Assembly: GCA_048940645.1 (NCBI GenBank)
Contig: JBHLOI010000054.1
Location: 1 to 23,241, forward strand
DNA length: 23,241 nt
Source of the DNA: Promethearchaeota archaeon
Lineage (GTDB): Archaea; Asgardarchaeota; Lokiarchaeia; Sigyniarchaeales; SOKP01
Reading direction: 5' to 3'
Shown piece by piece: positions 9,549 to 17,026 of the stretch. Positions within the stretch are counted from its first letter, which is position 1; each line of letters begins with the position of its first letter. The notes under the pieces were generated by a model. It ran no database searches. It was not told where the DNA came from and saw nothing but the letters and a program-made list of their open reading frames with translations. The position numbers and the translations under genes are program-made.

Positions 9549-10826
9549 TTGATATTCTTGAAAAAGATTTCTTCTACTAAAATATTAATCCTATTAACTT
9601 TTTTTTCTTCTGCTTTATTTAGTATAATAACTCCGATGGCTAAAGAACTTACCGATAGTTTGAATTTAGGTGGTGAAGGAATAGTCTCATTAATAAATTC
9701 TATATTTTTGATGGTTGGTGCGGTTAGTTCACTCTTTTGGGCTATCTTAGGGGATAAATTTCCCCGCAAAGTCTTATTAATTATTGCTACTTTAGAATGG
9801 TCTATTCTTATTCTATTAACAATTTTATCCACTGATTTTTATTCCCTGTTGACCTTTCAAATATTAACCGCAATAGGTTTTGGTGCAGCTTTACCATTAG
9901 TTTTCTCCCTAACAGTTGATCTTGTTGAATCTGAACAAAGAGGAAAAAGATTTGGGATCCTAAGTGCAGTTTATGTTTTAGGAAATGGTTTGGGTCAAGC
10001 TCTATCCGGATTTTTAATTGATGTATATCCATGGCAAACTCCTCTTATAATTATTTCTATCGGGGGCTTTATTTGTACTGGATTACTATTTTTTATTGAG
10101 GAACCTCAAAGAGGAACAATGGATGATCTCCGTTCCAGTGAAGAATCGGTAAAATATGACTACAGAATTAAGAGAGCAGATCTCAAAAATATTTTGAAAA
10201 TAAAATCAACCTTATGGATTTTAATTTTTAATTTTGTTATGTTCATTGCAATTGGCTCAATATCGTCATTTTTTATTTCAATGCTTAAAAATGACTATAT
10301 ACTCTCATCAACATTGGCTACTGTGTTTCTGATTATAGTTTTTGGTAGCCAGATTCCCAGCGGTCCTATATTCGGGAGATTAGGTGATAAAAAACGGGAA
10401 ACTAATTTAAATGGGCGAATGAAAGTAGTTCTTTTTTGTATCATTAGTGGTTCTATCTTTTATATCATCGGATTCTTAACTTCATTTATTTCTAAAAACC
10501 TGATATTTGCTTTTATTTTCCTTATCTTCGCATTAATAGCGGCATTCTTATTTGGCGGAATTGATCCTCTTACTCAGGCGACTCTGGGAGAAATAAATCC
10601 ACCTCAAATAAGATCTACCATATATTCGCTAAATTATTTAACGTATACATTTGGCAGGAGTATAAGTTTAATCTTTCTTGGTCAATTCTTTATGTTATTT
10701 AATAATCAATATAGCCCTGGATATTTAATATTAGTAATATTAGCTCTACTAAGTAGCTTGTTTTTAATACCAATCTTAAAATATCTCCCAAAAGATGTCG
10801 AAAGAATTAAATCAGGAGAAATATAA
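9549..10826 (+). CDS. MFS transporter
   Basis: About 12 hydrophobic helices; motif A-like ILGDKFPRK and FGRLGDKKR; EEPQRG in the central loop; TTG start. Confidence 0.92.
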   Translation: MIFLKKISSTKILILLTFFSSALFSIITPMAKELTDSLNLGGEGIVSLINSIFLMVGAVSSLFWAILGDKFPRKVLLIIATLEWSILILLTILSTDFYSLLTFQILTAIGFGAALPLVFSLTVDLVESEQRGKRFGILSAVYVLGNGLGQALSGFLIDVYPWQTPLIIISIGGFICTGLLFFIEEPQRGTMDDLRSSEESVKYDYRIKRADLKNILKIKSTLWILIFNFVMFIAIGSISSFFISMLKNDYILSSTLATVFLIIVFGSQIPSGPIFGRLGDKKRETNLNGRMKVVLFCIISGSIFYIIGFLTSFISKNLIFAFIFLIFALIAAFLFGGIDPLTQATLGEINPPQIRSTIYSLNYLTYTFGRSISLIFLGQFFMLFNNQYSPGYLILVILALLSSLFLIPILKYLPKDVERIKSGEI

Positions 10827-10843
10827 TCCCAATTGTATCATAG

Positions 10844-11545
10844 ATGTTAATTAAAGAAGAATTATGTATAGGATGTGGGCAATGTGTTATAATTTGTCCA
10901 GTAAATGCAATTAGTATTGTAAATGAAAAAGCAATTATTAATGAAGAAAAATGTGTAGAATGCTATGTATGTTATCGTGATGCTAATTGCCCAACAAAAG
11001 CGATTAAATCAGAAAGACTTAAATGGCCTAGAATAATTAGAAATCCGTTTAGTAGCGTAGTAGCTACTCATAAATTAACCGGAATGCCTGGTCGAGGCAC
11101 AGAAGAAATTAAGACCAATGATATTACTAATCGCTATAAACATGGAGAAATTGGGTTTTCAATAGAGATTGGTCGACCTGGAGTTGGCACTTTATTAAAA
11201 AATATTGAATTATTTACAACTCGATTATCTAAGGTTAGTGTAATTTATGAAAAAGAAAGCCCTGTTACAGCAATTATAATTGATGAAGAAGGCCATATTA
11301 ATCCCGAATTAAAAGAAGAACGAGTACTTTCCGCTATAATTGAATTCAAAATTTCAGAAAATAAATTAAATGAAATTCTGCAAATAATTAGAGATATAGA
11401 TGAATTAATTGACACAGTGTTCACTGTTGGAGTGATTACTAGAGTAGCTGAAGATAATTCTATTCCGGTAATAAACTTATTAGAAAAAGAGGGTTTTAAT
11501 GTTAAGCCAAACGCTAAAATAAATTTAGGTTTAGGAAAAATTTGA
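10844..11545 (+). CDS. 2x[4Fe-4S] ferredoxin-domain protein with uncharacterised C-terminal domain
   Basis: CIGCGQCVIICP and CVECYVCYRDANCP cluster motifs, followed by GRGTEEIKTND and EIGRPGVG segments. Confidence 0.88.
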   Translation: MLIKEELCIGCGQCVIICPVNAISIVNEKAIINEEKCVECYVCYRDANCPTKAIKSERLKWPRIIRNPFSSVVATHKLTGMPGRGTEEIKTNDITNRYKHGEIGFSIEIGRPGVGTLLKNIELFTTRLSKVSVIYEKESPVTAIIIDEEGHINPELKEERVLSAIIEFKISENKLNEILQIIRDIDELIDTVFTVGVITRVAEDNSIPVINLLEKEGFNVKPNAKINLGLGKI

Positions 11546-11563
11546 TATCTAAAGGTGGTATAA

Positions 11564-12151
11564 ATTACACATTCTTTACACAGAAAAGGAACTATAAACA
11601 GTTTAAAAAAGGATTATGTGCTTTTAACATGTCTCGCGAAAGGTTATAATAGAGAGGATGTAGAAAGTCGCAAAAAATTGATTAAGATCGCTGAGATATT
11701 TAGTCAATACAATCCTGTAAATATTATCCCAAAATTTACCTGGAAAGTCTCTCCAGTTATTACTGCAGTATATAATAATATAAACACAGTAAAACAAGTT
11801 ATTCAAAGATTAAAAAGAGAGAATTTCGGAATTTCGATTGTTATAAGTGGAATCATATCAGAAATTAGAAATATTATTAACGAGATGGATTTAATTATGC
11901 ATACAGTACATTTATCACTGGGTATTTTCGGTAAAAAGGAATTACTGCCACCTGAGCAAAAGATTTTAGAAATAACCACCATGTGTGGACATCACTGCAT
12001 ATCTACGCAATCTGTAGAACACTATTTCAATTTAATTAGAGAAGGAAAAATTTCAATAGAAAAATCAGCACAAAATTTAGCTAAACCATGTGTTTGTGGA
12101 ATATTTAATACATCTAGGGCAATTGAAATTTTAAATGAACTTAAAAAATAA
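11564..12151 (+). CDS. conserved hypothetical Cys-motif protein, partner of the ferredoxin-domain protein; probable ATT start
   Basis: TTMCGHHC and PCVCGIFN motifs. The frame is open 18 codons upstream of the GTG at 11618 (ITHSLHRKGTINSLKKDY), bounded by an in-frame TAA at 11561-11563, with an AGGTGG RBS 5 nt before the ATT. Confidence 0.8.
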   Translation: MTHSLHRKGTINSLKKDYVLLTCLAKGYNREDVESRKKLIKIAEIFSQYNPVNIIPKFTWKVSPVITAVYNNINTVKQVIQRLKRENFGISIVISGIISEIRNIINEMDLIMHTVHLSLGIFGKKELLPPEQKILEITTMCGHHCISTQSVEHYFNLIREGKISIEKSAQNLAKPCVCGIFNTSRAIEILNELKK

Positions 12152-12186
12152 ATTTTTTTTTCTTAAAAAGAAATTAAATAAATAAT

Positions 12187-13398
12187 TTATTCAACAATAT
12201 TAATTGCTAAATCTTCAAGTTCTTTTTCAGAGATATAATCTTGGCTTTTAATTTTTTCTTGTATTTTTTTTTGAATAATTTTAAGATGTTCTTCAGTTGG
12301 ATTTAGACCCATTTTTTCCAATTTTGCTTTTATTGCCCTACTTTGGAGAGTTGTAGAGCCAAATATTAATTTTCGGGTTTGTCCAACTACATAAGGTTGA
12401 AATAATTCCCAAGTCACCCAATTGCCTCTCAAGATCTGTTCTACATGTAAATCTGATTCATGTACAAAACAATTTTTTCCCACTATTGGTTTATGAGGTT
12501 GAATTGGGGTTTTGCTATATCGCTCAATAAGTTGAGAAATCTCCATGATCATGTCAAGTTTTAAACCTAAATCAATTCCGTATAAGATTTCTAAAGCCAT
12601 TATTACTTCTTCAGTTGCTGCATTGCCTGCTCTATCACCTAAGCCATTGAAAACTACATCTACAACTTCTGCACCCCCTTCAACTCCTGCAAGTGTATTT
12701 GCTACAGCTAATCCTAAATCCTGATGTGCATGGATCTCAACCGGAATTTCTTTAACAATACCTTTAGTAAATTTTACTACATCCTTAAAAGCAATCGGAA
12801 GAGCGCATCCATTTCCATCATAAACAACCACTCGATCTACTCCCGCATCAACAGCAAGACTTAAAAATTTTTTCCAATATTTGGGAATTACACGTCCAGA
12901 ACCAAATGCCACATAAGCGCCTTGGTCTTTGGCATATTCTATACCCTGTGAAATTCTGCTAAAAACATCATCCCTTGTTTTTATAGCAGGTCCAGGGACA
13001 AGTAAAAAATTGATATGATCTGCTCCTGCGGCTAAAATGTCATCAACCTCTTTTTTGATATCTTCTACATACATTCTAGCATGCGATGATAATTTCGTTT
13101 TTAATCCTTCTTTTTTAAGAGCTTTGAATGTATCTGCATGCTCTTTAATACCAGCCGCATATCCCACTTCTATTTCGGGAATCCCCATTTCTTCTAATAA
13201 TTTAGCAATCTCGATTTTTTGATCAATAGTGAAATAAGTTCTGGGTGTTTCTTCGCCTTCTCTTAAGGTGTCATCTTTAATGATTACTTTTTTTGGTAAA
13301 TCCATTTGATTTCGTATCGATTCAAAGAAATTCCATTCAAAACTCCACCATCTCTGATTTTTATCCATCCGCATCGATGCCCACGCATTCATCCACAT
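12187..13398 (-). CDS. DRE-TIM metallolyase, homocitrate/isopropylmalate synthase-like, paralogue 2 (no LeuA regulatory domain)
   Basis: KDDTLREGEETPR, EIEVG, HAHQDLG, GLGDRAGNAATEEV, HKPIVGKN.FVHES. Confidence 0.88.
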   Translation of the reverse strand: MWMNAWASMRMDKNQRWWSFEWNFFESIRNQMDLPKKVIIKDDTLREGEETPRTYFTIDQKIEIAKLLEEMGIPEIEVGYAAGIKEHADTFKALKKEGLKTKLSSHARMYVEDIKKEVDDILAAGADHINFLLVPGPAIKTRDDVFSRISQGIEYAKDQGAYVAFGSGRVIPKYWKKFLSLAVDAGVDRVVVYDGNGCALPIAFKDVVKFTKGIVKEIPVEIHAHQDLGLAVANTLAGVEGGAEVVDVVFNGLGDRAGNAATEEVIMALEILYGIDLGLKLDMIMEISQLIERYSKTPIQPHKPIVGKNCFVHESDLHVEQILRGNWVTWELFQPYVVGQTRKLIFGSTTLQSRAIKAKLEKMGLNPTEEHLKIIQKKIQEKIKSQDYISEKELEDLAINIVE

Positions 13399-13493
13399 TT
13401 AACACACATTATTTAAACTTTAATTTTTAAGAATAATCATATATTATATTCTAATTTAATATACTTTGAAATATAATTTATGAGGTTAAAAAT

Positions 13494-13700
13494 ATGCCAG
13501 TTGTTCATGTAAATATGTGGAAAGGAATTTCCGAAGAAAGGGTTAAACAAATAATAACGGGAATAACTAAAGTTTTTGTCGACATGGATATCCCTGCTCG
13601 AGCAGTAGAAGTAATTGTCCATGAAATCCCAAAATCTCATTGGGGTATTGAAGGAAAACCAGCTACAGAATCTCGCCCTGATGCGAAACCACCTCAATGA
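13494..13700 (+). CDS. 4-oxalocrotonate tautomerase family protein (DmpI-like)
   Basis: 68 aa with catalytic Pro1 after Met (MPVVHVNMWKG) and VEVIVHEIPKSHWGIEG; GAGGT RBS upstream. Confidence 0.9.
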   Translation: MPVVHVNMWKGISEERVKQIITGITKVFVDMDIPARAVEVIVHEIPKSHWGIEGKPATESRPDAKPPQ

Positions 13701-13794
13701 AAAAGTTTTTCATTATTTAAAATATTCTCTTAATAGCTAGATTAGGAATATGGAAAGAAATAAGAATGATTCAAAAAGTTTAGGATATTTTTAA

Positions 13795-13893
13795 TTAGTG
13801 AAAAAATAAGCTTGTAAAAAATATGAACAAATAGCCTAAGGCAAATAGGGCAGAAATTCCTATGATTGTAAGAATATATGTATATATCTTCAT
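13795..13893 (-). CDS. possible 32-aa single-TM small protein, or a gene remnant
   Basis: Manual translation MKIYTYILTIIGISALFALGYLFIFFTSLFFH*; GGGGG run upstream and an alternative TTG at 13902. Below the ORF-track cutoff. Confidence 0.3.
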   Translation of the reverse strand: MKIYTYILTIIGISALFALGYLFIFFTSLFFH

Positions 13894-14006
13894 AAATTTC
13901 AAACTAATTTCCCCCGTATTAAAATACTATATTCATTCTACTATACTTAAATAGATTATATAAAACTTCTGAATATATTATATAAAATTAGAAAAATAGA
14001 AAAAAA

Positions 14007-15197
14007 CTATTTCTTTATTCTTGCTGAGACCCAGTCATAATACCCTTTATCTTCTAAATGATCAGGAATTTCAGCAAAGAATTGAGATGTTATATCTTTA
14101 ACATGTTTAGCGGCTATTGGATGGAACATCATAGCAAGATCTAAGCCCACTAAGCTAAGAGAGAGAGCGTTAATAATTTCCCATATAGGTCCTCTATATT
14201 GGCGCAATCCCCACTCAGGAGCCTGCTTCTCGCTCATCCATGCCTCACGTGCACCCCAAGCGTTTGTCGTACCTCCACTAATTGGATAAGCTAAATCTTC
14301 TTCACCTAGTAAGCCTGCTATTCGCATTCTCTGATAGATACTAAAACTATATTCCATACCATATCCGAGTGTGGCACATGTTGGGTCCATCACTATTCGA
14401 TTTCTTGGTAATCCTAATTCTATTGCATCTTTATTCATCTTGATTTGATTATTCAAATCTAAACTTGTCCAGAGAAGACAATTGTGGTCATACTTTACCG
14501 CTAATGGGATAACTTCCTCCCATGTTGCCTTATCTGCGGCTGAAAGCATTAAAACCTCACTTTCTGTTGCAGCTGCAGCAGCTTTAAAGAGCTCTATATC
14601 TTTAACTTTATTTCCTGAGCACCCAATAATTACTGGAACATCAACGGTTTGTAATATATCCTCCAGAAATTTTACAGATTGAGAAACAGGAGCGTCTCCC
14701 ATTGCTGGATCGATTTCAAGTGAATGAAATGTAATACATTCAGCTCCAAATTTATCAACAGCAAATTTTGCCCATTGTGCTGGATGTCCTAATACATCTC
14801 CATATTCTTGCTTAATGGGTTTAGGGAGCATCATTTTTGCACCCATATCAAATACATCATAAGTCACAAGAGGAGGATGTGGATTTCGTTTATCAAGTCC
14901 AAGGAAATTATAGAAGGGGGGTACCATCTCTCCTCCAATTACTGCCTTCTTACCGTTTGAACGTACAAATTCTACTGTTTGAATCGTTCCCGGATAAGAA
15001 ACATCAAGTGAAAATTTGGTTGCTGTCCACTCTGCTTTCCCGATACCAGGAAGGGCTGCTTGAGCTGCTGCTTGAACGAGACTTGGAAGCATTTGAAATT
15101 CTAGATATTCTGCGAATAATTCTACATTTTTTAATTCAATCTCTTCAGTTTCTTTCAGTAACTCTGCAAATTTTTTACTAATCTCTTCAAATGAAAT
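14007..15197 (-). CDS. cdhD: acetyl-CoA decarbonylase/synthase delta subunit (corrinoid Fe-S protein small subunit); probable ATT start
   Basis: IGGEMVPPFY, VFD, PAQWAK, VDVPVIIGCSGN..KD, IVMDPT.ATLGYGMEYS, L.GEEDL.YP, NAWGAREAW, RGPIWE. The frame is open 35 codons upstream of the ATG at 15092, giving an archaeal CdhD-like N-terminus (FAELLKETEEIELKNVELFAEYLEF). Confidence 0.93.
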   Translation of the reverse strand: MSFEEISKKFAELLKETEEIELKNVELFAEYLEFQMLPSLVQAAAQAALPGIGKAEWTATKFSLDVSYPGTIQTVEFVRSNGKKAVIGGEMVPPFYNFLGLDKRNPHPPLVTYDVFDMGAKMMLPKPIKQEYGDVLGHPAQWAKFAVDKFGAECITFHSLEIDPAMGDAPVSQSVKFLEDILQTVDVPVIIGCSGNKVKDIELFKAAAAATESEVLMLSAADKATWEEVIPLAVKYDHNCLLWTSLDLNNQIKMNKDAIELGLPRNRIVMDPTCATLGYGMEYSFSIYQRMRIAGLLGEEDLAYPISGGTTNAWGAREAWMSEKQAPEWGLRQYRGPIWEIINALSLSLVGLDLAMMFHPIAAKHVKDITSQFFAEIPDHLEDKGYYDWVSARIKK

Positions 15198-15274
15198 TTT
15201 ATCTCACTTTTATTTTATGTATGATATATTAGGTAGGGAATTGATGAATTGAATTTAAAATTATGTGATGGAGA

Positions 15275-15289
15275 TTGATCAAAGATCAA
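15275..15289. promoter_or_regulatory. palindrome TTGATC-AAA-GATCAA upstream of cdhD (candidate operator)
   Basis: Perfect 6-bp arms, about 14 nt upstream of a TTTTAAAT TATA-like element on the minus strand. Confidence 0.35.
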
Positions 15290-15436
15290 CGGATTACATG
15301 CTTTTTGTTAGTTCTTAAACAAGAAATGAGAAAAAAATTACGAAAAAAGAAAAAGGATTTAAATTTAATAGCGACGGTTTTCGTCATGCATGATTTTATA
15401 TTTATTATTTTAACGAAATAAATAAAGAGAAAAGAA

Positions 15437-15949
15437 TCAAGTCTTTTGAATTTTCTTCTTATAAATAAGGATTAATAATCCAGAGATTGAAGGAATTAAA
15501 ATAATAAGTAAAAGCAAATGATATCCTGGAATTATAGGTAGGTAATAGCGAGTTAGTTCCTTATTACTATAAATGAAAAATGTATCTGGACCTTCATCAA
15601 GCAATATAAGCTGGAAATAGAAAATTTTAGACTCTGAAGCGTTATAAAATAGATATGGATTTTCATCTAAACTATAATTAATAGCGATGTTGAAGATTTC
15701 TTTGTTAAGGGTTTTATCAAAATTAACATATGACTCAAAAGGGCGTTCATCAAAAAGGAAAAGGGTAAAGTTACCATCCCCTAAGTGAGTCACGTTTATT
15801 TCAATACTTTCTCCCACATCAAGAGCTGTTAGATAATAAACGGAAATACCTTCATTAATATTATCAGAGTATTCATATGCATGTACTGAAGGCACCCAAA
15901 TAAGCAGTAAAAGAGCTAATAATGGTAAAATAAAAATTCTTTTTTTCAT
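15437..15949 (-). CDS. secreted/surface protein with Loki-CTERM-type sorting signal
   Basis: Signal peptide MKKRIFILPLLALLLLIWVPSVHA; C-terminal IPGY motif followed by a TM helix and basic tail KKKIQKT. Confidence 0.85.
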   Translation of the reverse strand: MKKRIFILPLLALLLLIWVPSVHAYEYSDNINEGISVYYLTALDVGESIEINVTHLGDGNFTLFLFDERPFESYVNFDKTLNKEIFNIAINYSLDENPYLFYNASESKIFYFQLILLDEGPDTFFIYSNKELTRYYLPIIPGYHLLLLIILIPSISGLLILIYKKKIQKT

Positions 15950-16133
15950 AATGATAATCTTAAAGATTTTTCAAATTGAATATAATATAATAATTTGAAG
16001 CTTTATTTAGGTTTTTCAGAAACTATTATAATAATGACGTAAAAGAGAAATTTTTTTCAGTGAAGCTTTAATCTAATTATTATTTGAATTAAGAGATATA
16101 AAAGTTGAAATTGCTTATTATAAATGAATAAAA

Positions 16134-17006
16134 ATGATTCTTGAAAATTTAGATTTTGAAAAACATCATGGACTCGGAAATGACTATGTTATTATAAGTG
16201 ACCTCAAATGGAATATACCTGATGAAAAGAAAGCAGATTTAGCTAAAGTATTATGTCAGCCTCATTTTTCCATTGGAGCTGATGGTTTATTATTTGTATG
16301 CAATTCAGAAAAGGCAGATATAAAAATGAGGATGTTTAATCCAGATGGTTCAGAAGCAGAAATGTGTGGCAATGGTATTAGGTGTTTTTCCAAGTACATT
16401 TATGAAAATAATATTTTAAAAAATGAATATATAAAAATTGAAACTCCTAAGGGTATAATCATTATTAGATTAAAGGTAAAAACTAATAAAGTAATTTCTG
16501 TTAAAGTTGATATGGGTTCTCCAATATTAGATTGTGAAGAGATTCCTGTTGAATTAGATGAAATTGTGGATAGATGTGTAAATGAACAAATTGTAGTTTT
16601 AGATAAAATATTTAATTTCACAGCGGTTTCAATGGGAAATCCCCATGCAATTATTTTTACTCAAAACGTAATTAGTGATAAGGATTTGAATATATATGGT
16701 GCTGCTCTAGAGTCTAATAAACATTTCCCAAATAAAACTAATGTTGAATTTGTAAAAATTGTTTCAAAAACGGAAGCAAGATTAAGAGTTTTTGAAAGGG
16801 GTGTAGGTATTACACTATCATGCGGGACGGGAACTTGTGCTGCTGTAGTAGCAGGTACGATATTGGGATTATTTGAAAAAAATGCACCCATTACTGTCCA
16901 TAATGACGGAGGAGATTTAATAATTACTTATGATGGCAAAAATGTCTATATGGAAGGACCAATTGTTAAAGTTTTCAGTGGATTTATTGATAAAATTGAA
17001 TTTTAA
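16134..17006 (+). CDS. dapF: diaminopimelate epimerase
   Basis: FEKHHGLGNDY, GADG, FNPDGSEAEMCGNGIRC, SMGNPH, NVEF, ERGVG.TLSCGTG. Confidence 0.97.
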   Translation: MILENLDFEKHHGLGNDYVIISDLKWNIPDEKKADLAKVLCQPHFSIGADGLLFVCNSEKADIKMRMFNPDGSEAEMCGNGIRCFSKYIYENNILKNEYIKIETPKGIIIIRLKVKTNKVISVKVDMGSPILDCEEIPVELDEIVDRCVNEQIVVLDKIFNFTAVSMGNPHAIIFTQNVISDKDLNIYGAALESNKHFPNKTNVEFVKIVSKTEARLRVFERGVGITLSCGTGTCAAVVAGTILGLFEKNAPITVHNDGGDLIITYDGKNVYMEGPIVKVFSGFIDKIEF

Positions 17007-17026
17007 TTAATTCAACAAGTATTTAG

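Noticed and set aside
6441-15206. Selenocysteine read-through at TGA codons (gene ends at 6443, 11545 and 13700; TGA upstream of cdhD)
   Set aside because: The proteins look complete at these stops, the read-through sequence shows no motif, and the TGAs are not at Cys-like positions.
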